64,000 bases of DNA from the NCBI RefSeq assembly GCF_001194135.2, contig NC_068998.1, forward strand, positions 39,967,389-40,031,388, written 5' to 3'. The notes below the pieces were generated by a model. It saw nothing but the letters and a program-made list of their open reading frames with translations, did not search any database and was not told the origin of the DNA. The position numbers and the translations under genes were made by a program. Below, in pieces: positions 1 through 12,800 of the stretch (position 1 is the first letter of the stretch; the number at the start of each line of letters is the position of its first letter). The DNA comes from Octopus bimaculoides. Lineage: Eukaryota.

Positions 1-2215
1 GCAGTAGGACTGAAGCTGAAATCCATGTGATAGGGAAGCAAATCTCTTAACAGCACAGCCATACCTGTGCCGACAAGTATTTAATATTTCTTTTTATTTC
101 TGCCCTTGTACCAAAATTTGAAACCAATATTTCTATTTATTAAATGGCTTCCTCTTTAGAACTGGAAAATATTTCAGATGTGATGAGGCACAGGTGTGGC
201 TGTGTAGTAAGCAGTTTGCTTCCCAACCACATGACCTGAGGTTCAGTCCCACTGCGTGGTACCTTGGGCAAGTGTCTTCTACTATGACTTCAGAATGACC
301 AAAGCCTTGTAAGTAGGTTTAGTGGACTGAAACTATACGAAGCCAGTCATATATATATATATATATATATATACATACACACACATGTATGCGTGAGTGC
401 AATTGTGTATGTGTGTTTTACTGTCTTCCAGCCTTGTCTTCATGTGAAAGTTGCAAATGAATGTCACTGTCATGCAAGCAGTGTCCTTCATTTTCAATCT
501 TCCAAGGGACATGTCTGAGCATGGGGAATCTTGCTTGGAAACAGGTGAGGGTTGGTGACAGGTAGGGCATCTGACTAGAAAATCTCCCTCAACTTTAAAT
601 GATGAAGATGGTTATCAGTTGCTAGGCCGTCCACAAAGTTGAAGTGTTACTCACACAAGGTTACGACTTACATATCTGGAACAGTGTTCCCGTTACACAC
701 AGCCAGAAACACTCCAACCACTAATTCATATATATGCTGTTTCTTCTCAACCATTCTCCTACTACTACTATAACAACCTCCATTCAGAACTAGAACAGTA
801 AACCAGGTAAGGGTTTAGTCTGCTAGTTCTAGTAAGACTGGGAATATTATCCAAGGGAGAACTTTATTAATCCCCACTTCTTTTAACACTGTAAAACCAG
901 ACTCACATACTGGCAATTACAATCTCCTCAAAGGCTTTTGAGATATCTTCAATGATTCTTCGTTGGAAATTGTTGCAGTATATTGTTGTTACTGTTATTG
1001 TTTAGACCTAGATTGAACCTGATGGAGCAGATCTCAGTCAAAGTTGGTTTTCAATGTATCCTTCTTTTTAAAGATTGTAGGGTGTGATTAGAGGAAGATC
1101 TGACCACTATTTCTGGAAGGTTGAGCCAAATATAGAGGTTATCCCATTGGCTTAGCTGCAGTATGCATTTTTAATAGAAGAGAATGCCATATTTTACCAT
1201 TTAGCAACCATGATGGTCTAAATTTCTTAACCCTTTTCCTTTTGTATTTCTCTACCAGTTCACTTTCCTGATTTTCCCTCTAAATCTAACAAGAAAAGTA
1301 TTAGTCTTGAAAAGAACAATTTATTATATAACATTAACAGCCTTATATTATTAATTTAATATTAGCATACTTAAAATAAACATTAGCAAAAATATATCTA
1401 GGAAAACTTATAAATAATGACAAAAGAATTTTTCCTAAAACAATTTCCTCATTGAAATCTTCAAATTTTACTTTCAGAAGCTTGAAATTTCCCCTCAGCT
1501 TAAGAATTGCAGATGATGTGGTTCTAGTATATATTTGAACAGTGGGGCATTGTATTTTCATATTGAGCAGCTAAGCTGTGGCTACCTGTTGGCTTGATTG
1601 CAACAAATGCTTTAGTAGTGGGGCACCATATTTTAATATTGATTTCTAACATACACACAAGACTTCAAATTTGGGCATAACCAACTGCATAGACACCAAT
1701 ACCTGGCTTACTAATTCTTTATCAAACCAAGAAAGATGGAAAGCAAAGTTACCTTCAACAAGACCAGAACTCAGATCATAAAAAGCCTTTGACTACTCAA
1801 CTGGGATAAAGTTTAAAAAATTGTGTGAATCCATAATCTGCTAAATTAGTAATATCTTAACTTCATAATCACTACACTAAAAGTCAATAGATTTGTAAAC
1901 AGTTATAAAGAAAGGGATAGTGTCCATAAAGCTGATATACTTAATCCCTAGATTATGTAGTGTTAAACAGTTGCAAGTCAAATTTCTTTTCTGGAGAGAA
2001 TGTCAAGCAACTCTCTCTCTCCTTATACAAGTTCAAGTACCTCTTCTCCATTGAGATACATTGAATAAACTCTACTTAAAATGCCATAAGCCTGATACAA
2101 ATATGTGACCCATAAATTAATAGTGTAATATTTTACCCTCTAGGTTATTACATACTTCCACATAAAATGAAGTGCCTTGATGAAGGGACTTCATTTCATG
2201 CTCCCCACCACCTAC

Positions 2216-2229
2216 CTTGGTTAATTCAG
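2216..2229 (-). CDS. Candidate 14-nt micro-exon of the minus-strand gene, (A)ELTK
   Basis: Minus strand reads ctcattttcag|CTGAATTAACCAAG|gtaggt: good acceptor and donor, phase 1 to 0. No homology support. Confidence 0.25.
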
Positions 2230-2388
2230 CTGAAAATGAGTACTAGCCTAGTGCTGGTGCATCCCTCTCTCCCTCCAGCAGTTACATCCTTGATGTCTTG
2301 CCCAGTTCAGAGTAGGAAGATCAAGAGGGTATCTATATCTGCTCATTACTACATAGACACTTAAAACACTTAGTGAAAACAGGGTACC

Positions 2389-2632
2389 ATATGCTTACAG
2401 ACATATGGCGCAGTGGTTAAGAGCGCGGGCTACTAACTCCAAGATTCCGAGTTCGATTCCAGACAGTGACCTGAATAATAATAATAACAACATTGAAATA
2501 TACCATAGGAATGAGAACCCAGGTTCTAAATTTCCCCAAGACACCTGATGAAGGCTGGAGGATATATCAGCTGAAACACTGTGTTAATAACAAACAAGAT
2601 GAGGACAAATATCTGTCAAATGTAAATAATGT
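2389..2632 (+). mobile_element. tRNA-headed SINE with (TAA)n linker and Penelope-like tail, 8-bp target-site duplication
   Basis: A box TGGCGCAGTGGTT and B box GAGTTCGATTCC at about 2406-2460. AGGGTACC is repeated at 2381-2388 and 2633-2640. Confidence 0.8.
2540..2585 (+). ncRNA. Degenerate type I hammerhead-ribozyme-like motif
   Basis: Stem I GACAC(2540-44)/GTGTT(2581-85), core CTGATGA(2545-51) plus an extra A, stem II GGCTG/CAGCT, then GAAAC(2573-77). The cleavage triplet reads ACT instead of the canonical GTH. Confidence 0.5.
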
Positions 2633-4703
2633 AGGGTACCTACTATGTTTTGTTTGGTATACCTCCACTTATCTTGGATTCAGTAAGGCCCAATAGCATG
2701 GTGTCTAGCCTAACCACTTATCCCCATGTTGATCCTGGTCTTACTTTACCATAAGCATTATACGGCACTTTCTCAATCAGCATGCATCAAACATTTTCAT
2801 CCCATGTCCACACCAGAAGTATCTCAAGCAAACAAGTTAGTCTTTATATGGTCACTCTCATCTGCTAGAAACAGCAATCAAATCTCCTACAAAAGAAGGA
2901 CACATTAAACAACAGTCCAGGGCGCACTATATTTGGGAAAAAGATGGTCACATCTGGAACACCTTTGACTGTAGGTCTGATTCATCAAGGCTAAACTCAA
3001 ACAACAACAATCATCACCAGTATAATTTTCTGTAAACATTAGTTGATACTTCTTAATGCCCAGCTACTCTTTCATTGTACCTGCAAATTTGTTTGTTTGT
3101 TCCAAGCAAGCTTTCCAATGCTTGCAAGGATTGAATGAACATGTTATTTGAAGTATTGATTTACAGAAGGATGCCCTTCTTCTTTGCTAACCTTTACCAA
3201 TTTTTAAAGTAATGGACCACTTATTCCATAAAGCTTTGAAGGTACCAAGTACCTAGATGATTTGTAGACTTTCACACAAGCAATTGCCGATATAACCAAA
3301 CACACACACACACACACAATGGTCTTCTTTCAGTTTCCATCAACCAAATCCACTCAAAAGACTTTGGCCTTCTGCAGTAAAAGACACTTGCTCCATGTGC
3401 TGGGTGCACAGAAAGACTGAACCTGAAATCATGTGGTTGGGAAACAAACTTCTCAACCACATGGCCATAAACTAGAACACATGTATTTTATATGCATTAA
3501 TGAGAGAGAGAGAATGTGTGTATGTGTATTTGTGGAAGTTATGTAAAAGTTAAAGACAGGAAAAGATACATGCTCCCTCCTCTTATTACCTCCCCTCTCC
3601 ACCAAAAACGTCCATGTATTCAGATATCTTGGAGACAGGTGAGTTAGTTTTAAAATGTCATATGTAAAATATATATATATATATATATATAAAGCCTTCA
3701 AACAGTGTCTTGCTATACAGTAAGATTTATTTTATTTATTATTTTTTTAAAGGTGACATTGATGTTGTATCATGGCAAAAATGGGACCATAAATTGCTTC
3801 CACTTACACTGAATGACCAAGATGGAAATGGTTTGTGACAGCTGTGGGAGGTCAGAATAATTATAGCTGCTCCATTATTATATTTATTTTACATTTCATT
3901 TTGCCTTTATAACTTGCCATTCCTTACTTATTCAACCTTTTCTTATTTACTCTCTGACAAATTATTCTAAAGCAAATGATTTAATACCAGTCTGTACAGT
4001 TTCTAAGACAGAATAAAGAGGTTATATTACTTTCAGGAAAAAGTTATTTTAAACATGTAGTACTAGCAAGACTGTATACTTGTTGATGTTTTTCTTTTAT
4101 CAAAGTTTTATTTATTTTGAGTCCGTTGCAGTTTGAAACAGTAAGTTTCTTAAAGCCATCATCAATGGCTTTAGATCTTCATTTCCTTCACGACTGGACA
4201 AAGTGATGTTGTTGTCTGTTGCTGACTAACATAGGGATTATTACCACTGGAATTTGAGATTTTGACCATTAAATATTTTCATTATCATTAAGGCACTTAG
4301 TTTTATTCTTTCTTTTACTTGATTCAGTCATTTGACTGTGGCCTTGCTCACGAGATTCTTTCAGTTTCTGTCTTACCAAATCCACTCACAAGGCTTTGGT
4401 TAGCCTGAAGCTATAATAGAAGACATTTGTCCAAGGTGCCATGCAGTGGGACTGAACCCAGAACCATGTGGTTGGGAAGCAAGCTTCTTATCATCATTAT
4501 TTTTCGAGTGTCTATTTTCCCATGGGTCAGACAAGATTTACAGAGGTAGATTTTCTGTGGCCAGATGTTCATCCTGTCACCAACCCTCACCTGTTTTCCA
4601 AGCAATATAACATTTTCCCTAGTCCAGACATGTTTTCATGGAAGACTGCAAAAAATGTTACGTGTATAATTTATGGATGATGAAAAGACGGAGACACACA
4701 AAT

Positions 4704-4756
<53 letters not shown>

Positions 4757-4989
4757 GTTTCTTTTACAGTTTCCATCTAATTCATTCACAAGGCTTTGGT
4801 CAACCCAGGGACAGAGTAGAAAAAGTAGAAAACACTTGCCCTACCTGCCCTGCAGTGGGACTGTACCCCAAGTCACATGGCTGTGAAGCACAAATATTCT
4901 AAATTATCTAATTAAAAAAAGGGCTCAATTAATATACTGTATATGTATCAGTGATAAACATACTACATCAATAAGAAACATCATGAGTG

Positions 4990-5330
4990 GTTGATGGTAA
5001 AATATTTCCAATTAAAAACCATTGTAAAAGAAATAAAGGAAACCAAATATGCATTTATTCAACACCAGATATATTTCATATTGATCAGTTGACAGTAGTT
5101 ATTGGCTATGTTGGAATATGAGATGATTGAATGCTTTTCCACTTTCTCTCTTTCCCATCGCAAGATAGATTGGAGAAGCTTTTGCTAACATCATCTTGAA
5201 ATTCTTTGTACAAATTGGAATTGATGTAGCTAATCTATGAGGACAGTCTTATGACAACAAATCAAACATGTCAGGATGCTATAAATTGCTTCGAGCAGAT
5301 ATTATGAATATCAATCATCTTGCACATTAT
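4990..5330 (+). mobile_element. Decayed hAT (ZMYM1-like) transposase, 5' part
   Basis: Manual translation gives TIVKEIKETKY, TPDIFHIDQLTVVIGYV and IGIDVANL*GQSYDNKSNMSGCYKLLRADIMNINHLAHY. These match the hAT motifs DSTPDxSHxDQL and GQSYDNASNMSG. Confidence 0.8.
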
Positions 5331-5486
5331 TGTGACAAGAAACAGTTGCCAAGAATCAATCATTTTATTCAGCTAAAACATTTAATTTCAAAGAAACATA
5401 AATGTAAGTGTCCATATCTATTGTAAATGGTTGGCTATCAGCCTTCAGCTAAAATATACCATAATGTATCTGGATTGAAAATAGCA
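5331..5486 (-). repeat. 3' LTR of the Gypsy element
   Basis: TG...CA bounded. Aligns by eye to 8768-8928, e.g. tgtgacaagaaacagttgccaagaatc vs tgtggcacaaaacagttgctaagaatc, and atgtatctggattgaaaatagca vs atgcatctggactgagagtaaca. Confidence 0.75.
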
Positions 5487-8400
5487 ATTTGGAGCATTTA
5501 TTGGTGGTTTAAAGCTTTAGTCTTTCCAGTGATTTCTGGATCCTTGTTGAGTGAAGAGGAAGTTTGAATTGTGAAATCATAATTGCTTCTTCCATAAATG
5601 GATTAACACAGAACTGCTCCAACTCACATACTTGTTGAGCCTGACTTTTCAGCATGTCAATTAAGCAAATATCAATGAAACATTCGTCAATAGATCTGGA
5701 ACTGGTTTGTGCTGAATTCTTCTGCAAGTCAACTTCACAGCAATCACCAACAACTGGAACCAGAGTTTGAACGAATTCACGTGAAACTCATTTTTTCCCA
5801 GAAGGGTCTATATATTCAGTGGAGACAGTGTCCATTTGACTATTTGATGTAAGTATAATGATGTGTAATGTTATTAACAAAACTGACTTCTCTTTAAGTT
5901 TAAATTGCCCAAGCAAAACTTCTAAAGGTTTAGACAATCAAAAGTGCTTTCATGAAGTGTCTAGTTAGCTAAGTCCAAAGAGATTAAAACATCTCCTAAA
6001 ACATCATCTCATTGTTTGCTTCATAGCTTTCTTGTTCTTCATAGAGTTCTATTAGGAGATTCTACTTGGCTGTTTCCAGTATTGTGGTATGGAGTTGTTT
6101 TGGTTTGAATATTATTAGTGTTCTGCAAAAACATACAAACACATTGCAATATAAATTGGGATTTTTGGTTTGAATAGATTGAAGCTGGAACATCAAATAT
6201 GAAGATTATTTTTTGAAGGCATTAAATTACAGTAGGATGTTCCATATCCAAAGTTCCAAACACAAACCTTAAATATTCATCTATAACTACAAACAAGTCA
6301 TGTTAAGAGTTAGATGATGGTAAAGGACCTTTGAAGTGAACACTGAAGTGCTCAACTGATTATTGTAGACTCAATGTTTGGTATGAGGAAGATAGTAAGA
6401 TTGTGGTTTCAATTCCAAGCACATAATGTACTCATCACAAGTTCTTTTTTAACATTTTCCAAAAAACAGTATGTCCTTAGATCTGACGCAATGCCAATTC
6501 AGTTAAATCTGCAAATCCATGAGATGTTACAGAGGAGCATCTGTAAGCCAATCAACATCTGTATTATCTTTACCATGTAGGTCTTATAATTGTAGAACAA
6601 TAATCTGAAGTGTCAATGAAAAAACTTTATCTTTTTTTTTTGTTTTATCTTTACTGTCATGGCTAAATATATTGATCAGTGTGTAACATGAATTATCCTC
6701 CAAGTAAAATAGTTTGCCATTTCCAGACACTTTCTGTGATCACCATAGCCTCTTTTCATTTGATGATGGATTCAGATCTTGAGATAAGAGTGACAGGTTT
6801 ATTATATTGTGAAAAGACACACGTAACTGTTACTTTAGAAATATCAGTTTCAGCATATAATGGAACTCTAGGTAAGAGAGAGAAAGGCATTAACTAATGA
6901 AAGTTTAAGCAGATGAATAAACACCTAGGGGTAATTTTTTTGCAATGGAAAAGTATGAATTAATAGGGGCTGAATTAGTTCTGAGGCAGGGGACACACAT
7001 TTACAATAATAACTATGTAAACTTAGAAGCTGCTTTCATTGTTTAGTATTGTGAGGTGCTATGAAATCAACAATGGGTTTTAACTTTCTGGATCAAACCA
7101 GGAAGAGCTGCTTTCCATTTTCTATCCTTGGTAACAAGGTTAGATGCCTGTCATTGTTCAAGGATAGATGCCTGCCATTGTTCAATTGAATGTTAAGCCT
7201 TTTAGCATCTGAAATAAATTTCTTAGGAAACATTTTTCACATTTAAATTTCTTATCATACTCTTCAATAGTTTTGCCAACAACAATAACATATCTTTGAT
7301 ATTGCTACTGCTACTTATATCATCCATCACTCTTTGAGAACTGTTTACAGCAACAGACACACTGAATGGTAACCTTATTTACAAGAATGTCTTCATCATC
7401 TCGAAATGCAGTGTATTTCTTATCCTTGTGGTGGAGTGGAATCTGATGGTATGCTGCTTCCATATTTCAGTTTCCTGTTGAATTTATTCTATGAAATAAA
7501 ATGCTTGAGAGCTTCAACGTTAAGAAGTAGATAGACATATAAAAAGCAATAGCAATTTATCATTCATTTATACAAGCTGTTGTTTGCTAAGGTTTCTTAT
7601 TTCTACTGCTTGTGCTTGTCATGGAAACTGAGGGCTGAATAATGCTATCAATAAAATATCATTTCATCAAAAAGTGGTGATATTTAGAAGCAGTTGGTTT
7701 CAAATCACATTATAAGTGTGAAAGAAATATGAGGAGAGGTCACCTCCAACACAGAAACAAATTGGGTAACACTAAGGGATTTTGTTGTTGTTTTTTCATT
7801 TTAAATGAAGTTCCAAGTTTAAATGTAACAGTGGTATATCATTTAAATCATGTCCTAGAATTGTAAAGGAACATTAGTTCTGAAAAGCCCAAAGCTGCAC
7901 TTTTTCATAAGTTTAAAAAAAAGAAATGTTTAAAATACAGAAAGCTGAAGAAACAGTCTAATTACGTTGAGTTGCATGGCCAATTTGGAGGAAGTGTTTA
8001 GCTATGTGGAGTGAGAGATTCTTGTTAACACCCTCATCTATGAAACTGTTGGCACTACAGAAATTGAAAATTGTTAATCATAGACATTGATAGTAGCTTT
8101 TTCAAGTGCATTTCCTTTATACAGGTTTGTTGTTGTTCTTTTTCTGAAACCTCTTTTACATTTGTGATAAATTCTTTACTGGACAAATGCACCAGTCTAA
8201 GTCATGGTTAAGGGCCAGTGCAAAAGTGGCATCTTCATCTATAGGTTTTCTGAGCAGCTTCTTAGAATGGGAACCTGGGTGACTGCCAGTTGTGAATTTA
8301 TTGAAGAATTTTCTGCGAGTTTTTATGGAATATAATCAAAATCCTGGAAATTAATTAGATCTCTAACCCTTTCCTCTTGATATTGAACAGCAGTTACAAT

Positions 8401-8767
8401 GTGAAACTTACAGTGTCTGACAAGGTTGTATAGAATTCAATATCACCATCTGGTTGATGTCTTTACAGGTGCTATTGGAATTTGAAAAAACATTGTATTC
8501 TGCTGTTTAATGAAGATGAAATATTTCAAGTATTGTAGTTGATGTAATCAGCAATATGGCTGAAGACTGAAGATGTGATGCAATTAGTAAATAAAGTGAG
8601 TCTTCAACATTCAATTGAGTGTAGTTTCCAGCAAAAAAAATTTAGGAAAATAATTTTAAAGTATATCCACTCTATACTTGTATCTGATGAAGTGCCATTA
8701 AATCAATGTGACCCCTGTGACTATTTCTACTGTTATTGTTGCATGTTTAAGCTTTAACCAAATAAAT

Positions 8768-8928
8768 TGTGGCACAAAACAGTTGCTAAGAATCTATTGT
8801 TTTATTTGGCTAAAGTGTTACAACTTCAGTATATGAAGTACGGATGTAAACTTCTGTATTTATTGCAAATGGCTGGCTGTTAATGTTCATTGTAACCATA
8901 TGGTCATGCATCTGGACTGAGAGTAACA
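8768..8928 (-). repeat. 5' LTR of the Gypsy element
   Basis: Direct-repeat partner of 5331-5486. TG...CA ends, with AATAAA motifs on the minus strand. Confidence 0.75.
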
Positions 8929-9640
8929 GTTGAAAGCTCAGTCCCATAATTTGATTGGTGCATTTGCTGCAGAAAGCTGCAATAGAGCAATTTCATTCTT
9001 TGATTCTATACAAAACTTTTACAATTTCTTTTATGATCCACCTCATTGTTTGTCAGTAATACTTCAGTGCCTGAAACTTCAAATTAGAAGTCAAAAGTTT
9101 AAGGTGAAAGCATATCTAACCAACTTAGATAAGTCATGCTCAGTTCTTTGTTATTGCAATGAAGGATATAAGGTTGTTTTATTGATTGTTTTTTTTTTCT
9201 AGTTGAATTTCCAGATATGGAAAAGATGTTTCAACAGCAGTAACCAAGTTTCAAAAGATTTATTTAGGTGATATTGAGTATGAATTTGTACCAAGAATAC
9301 TTCATTTCAAGAAACTTTATTAAATTCACGCCCAAGTATGAAACACTACAAGTTTCTAGTATACTATATGCTCCTGTAGATAACAATGAATTAACTTCTT
9401 CATTCCCTAATGTTTAAACTGCATTATGTATTCACTTGTGTTTAATGATAAATAATGTGATTAGAGACAAGAGTTTGTTTGAGAGGAAATATCTAAAGAA
9501 TGAACACAGACCAAACAATGGTACTAATATGACTCAACAGACTTGCTCTCATGGCAATTGAAAACAATGTTCTTAAGAACTTACAATTTACTGATGTTTT
9601 GGAGAAATTTGTTTCCAAGAAATTAAGAAAAGCAAATGTT
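8929..9640 (+). mobile_element. Decayed hAT transposase, 3' part including dimerisation domain
   Basis: KAQSHNLIGAFAAESCNRAISFFDSIQNFYNFF resembles the hAT motif CxAHSLNLxGxxAAExC. LALMAIENNVL-like dimerisation tail at about 9540-9600. Confidence 0.75.
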
Positions 9641-10439
9641 TGAATTTTAATAGTCGTTAGCTTTGTAAAAACATATTTAATTTCTTTTACTCCATATTTT
9701 TTTTACTAGGAGGCCACATAGTACCTGTGACCCAGAAGCTCACGAAAGCTTAATTTACTTTTGTATATATGTGCATACATATAAATATGTAAGCCTAAGC
9801 ATGCAAACATATACATATGCATGCATGCACTTGTGCAAAAACATGCATCCATATACATGCGTGCATATAGAAGCATACACACACGGGTATACATTTACAA
9901 ACATACATATACCTATACATATATATAGACACATACGTAAATATACCTACATATGTATGCATATACACACATACATATAGCAGTACATGTATAAATATAC
10001 ATACAAAATGATACATGTATGCATAAAGGCATACATATACCTGTATATTATACATATACCAATATAAGTTTCTGGGTGTGCATGTATACATATATATACA
10101 TGTTTATGCATATACATATATATATCCATTCATTCTTTTTTCTGGCTTCAGTCATTACACTGTAGCCATGCAGGAGCATTTTCTTCTAGATTATAATAAT
10201 TTACATGGACCCCAGTATCTCATGAAAAACTTGAAAAGCAAAGTGGATCACAAAGTATTTTCTCTGACACTATGCTGATTCTACACACAAACACATGTAT
10301 ACCTATGCATGTATGTACAAACATCTATACATATATATATGTCCCTCTGTCACACTCTAACCTCCCATCATCTAGCACAAAGCTACCTCTTCCAATACCC
10401 ACCTCTCAAAGGATCTTTGTCTTACGAGTTACTTGATAA

Positions 10440-10640
10440 CCTCACCAGTGCTGGTGCCACGTAAAAAGCATCCAGTCCACACTGTAAAGTGGTTGGTGTT
10501 TGGAAGGGCATATCCAGCTGTAAAAATTGTGCCAAGGCAGACCTCACCAGTGCTGGTGCCACATATGAAGCACTCAGTCCACTCTGTAAAGTGGTTGACA
10601 TTAGGAAGGGCGTCTAGTGTAAAAATCATGCCAGAACAGA
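10440..10640 (+). repeat. Two tandem ~102-bp units inside a LINE-tail-type SINE
   Basis: ctcaccagtgctggtgccac...ctgtaaagtggttg...ggaagggc occurs twice in tandem, followed by the ccagcatggaaagtggacg...(gat)n tail. Confidence 0.7.
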
Positions 10641-10834
10641 CAGGGAAGAGTGGTGCAATCTTCTGGCTTGTGAACTCCTGTTAAACTTCCAACCCATGCC
10701 AGCATGGAAAGTGGACGTATGATGATGGTTATGATATATCTATCTATCTATCTATCTATCTGTCTGTCTATCTATATCTATATATATTTATATAATCATA
10801 CATACATGTACACATACATTTGTATTTATGTGCA

Positions 10835-10865
<31 letters not shown>

Positions 10866-11880
10866 GTTGTGATTGTATGTCAGGTTACTCATAAGTGCTG
10901 CTGGTAACATGAAGTCCAGTACATGTTGTATGATCAGGTTGTCAATGATTAAACCAACTCCACCATCAGTCTTGCCTGGTGAGGAAGGTTGTTATAAAAA
11001 CTCAGGATAAAAACAATACCTGCCAAAAGGATGAACTCAATATAGGGTCAATGACTATATAGCAACAGCACAAAGACATAAATTTTGAGTAAATGTCCAC
11101 AATGATGCAAGACAATTGGGTGTGAGAGAACTCTTAACTTTTGTAAAAGCATATCTCCAGGAGAAGGCAGTATATTAGTAGTATAAATGGGGTGGTCTGG
11201 GCTCAGTAACCTTGGAAGGTAGTCAGACTTGGACAGGAACTCCAAGTGTAAACCATCACTGCTTGTGAGTACTGTATATTAGATTGGAAGAAAACTTGGG
11301 ACTCACCCATCCCAAAAAGAGTTTGAAGATGCAATGAATGGAAGAAGATTTTGGTGGTTATGACAAAGGACCCCAACCCACAGTCGTGGTTATAACAACA
11401 TGCACTGTTGTATGTATGCATGTGTAAACACACACATGTATATTTCTGAACCACATGACTGAGTTCAATTCCACTGAGCAGCACTTTTGGTAAGTGTCTA
11501 TTATTATAAAGACATGAGCTGATCAATGCCTTGTGAAGGAATGATGGAACTTGGTAGATGGAAATTGAAAGCCTGTTATGTATACATAGGTGCTCATTGC
11601 TGATATATACAGATATGTGTGTATGTGTGTGTGCATGCACTGGTGTGTTTGCTGACATTTGCACTTCTCTGAAAAATCACTCCGATATGGATGGTAACGT
11701 TATTTCCCCTCTACATCTTTAAAGACATGGAACAAGGAAGCCCTTGAAAAAAACAAGTAAAGGTTAACAACAGGGGGTGGGGAGGAAGAGCATCAGGCTA
11801 CAAAACAATACCCAAGCAATATGTTTGTCTTATCGATGCTGGCATGGAAAAAAGGATGTATAAATGAATAAAAATGTGTT

Positions 11881-11934
<54 letters not shown>

Positions 11935-12776
11935 TACATATAAATGTATGTGTATGGTTCAACAGGACTGGACAGGTCTAAGAACAGTGACATGCTCAAA
12001 TATCTGCTTTAGCATGGCTTCTATTAATGGATGCCCTTCCTAATGTCAACTGCTTTACATGTTGGGTGAATGATTTTTACCATAATTTTGAGTTAACTCA
12101 GCCCTTATGAGTAAAACTAGGTACACATGTACACACATACATGCACACGTAAATAAAAAGATCTATTGGGTGTTTTGATGGGAATTCAGTAGTTTAATCA
12201 ACTGAACTATGTCATTAAATTAGCATGTAGATGGCTGAGTATTCCACATATACTTGTACCTTAATTCAGGTAGAATTAATGTGATACAGTGTGTGATGGG
12301 ACTGGACTTTTCAATTACAGGTACAATCTATCCAACAAGTTGCTGCAAAGTTTCCCTCTACCCAGTTTTACTCTCCAATGTTGGATCGACCCAAGACTTT
12401 GGTAAAAGAGACTTGCCCAACATACCATGCAGTAGGATGGAACCAGGGACCTCATGATTGCAAAGCAAACTTCTTAACTATTCAGCCATGCTCACGCATA
12501 TATGTATGTGCTTGTATACATATATACATGTAAACAATATATACTACACTATATAACTCTATCCCTTTTTCTTTTTGCTTAATGAAATCTTTCAAACATT
12601 AGATGGCAGGAAGCAATTTACTGAAAGGATGTAGTGTAGGAAGAAGAGATTGGTCCCGAAGACTGATTGGAACAGAAGAAATAATAATAATAATAATGAT
12701 AATAATAATAATAATAATAATTTTGATGATAATAAACATAATAATAATATACACAACATTGAAAAAGAAGTCATAC

Positions 12777-12800
12777 CTGGTAAAACCATATCATGACTGG
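12777..12800 (-). CDS. Candidate 24-nt micro-exon, xSHDMVLP (phase 1-1) or PVMIWFYQ (phase 0-0)
   Basis: Very strong acceptor tttctttttcaatttctttttag and donor CAG|gtatga. Length is a multiple of 3. Confidence 0.45.

Larger units (their letters stand above)
5331..8928 (-). mobile_element. Decayed Ty3/Gypsy LTR retrotransposon (gag-protease-RT-RNaseH-integrase relics, two LTRs)
   Basis: Minus-strand motifs: protease-like SANSFIDEGV (about 8030); RT AAYHQIPLHHKDKKYTAF (about 7404-7460); VIVVGKTIEEYD (about 7270); GKDNTDVD (about 6560); integrase FKGPLPSSNS*HDLFVVIDEYLRFVF...FDVPASIYSNQKSQF (about 6160-6336). Many stops and frameshifts. Confidence 0.85.

Noticed and set aside
907-985. Minus frame FQRRIIEDISKAFEEIVIAS with donor gtgagt
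   Set aside because: No pyrimidine-rich acceptor, the upstream sequence is a repeat, and the phase does not fit the candidate chain.
2406-2465. tRNA-like sequence with A and B boxes
   Set aside because: No acceptor stem or proper cloverleaf. It is a SINE head, not a tRNA gene. The same holds for other SINE heads.
4114-4225. Minus-strand open frame SATDNNITLSSREGNEDLKPLMMALRNLLFQTATDSK* followed by AATAAA
   Set aside because: Modest acceptor, no homology, and no independent support as a terminal exon.
5496-8767. Short imperfect inverted repeat (atttatt..tggtt..aaagctt) at both inner LTR edges
   Set aside because: About 20 bp, AT-rich and gapped, so it is not distinguishable from chance by eye. 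No clear PBS or PPT could be assigned.
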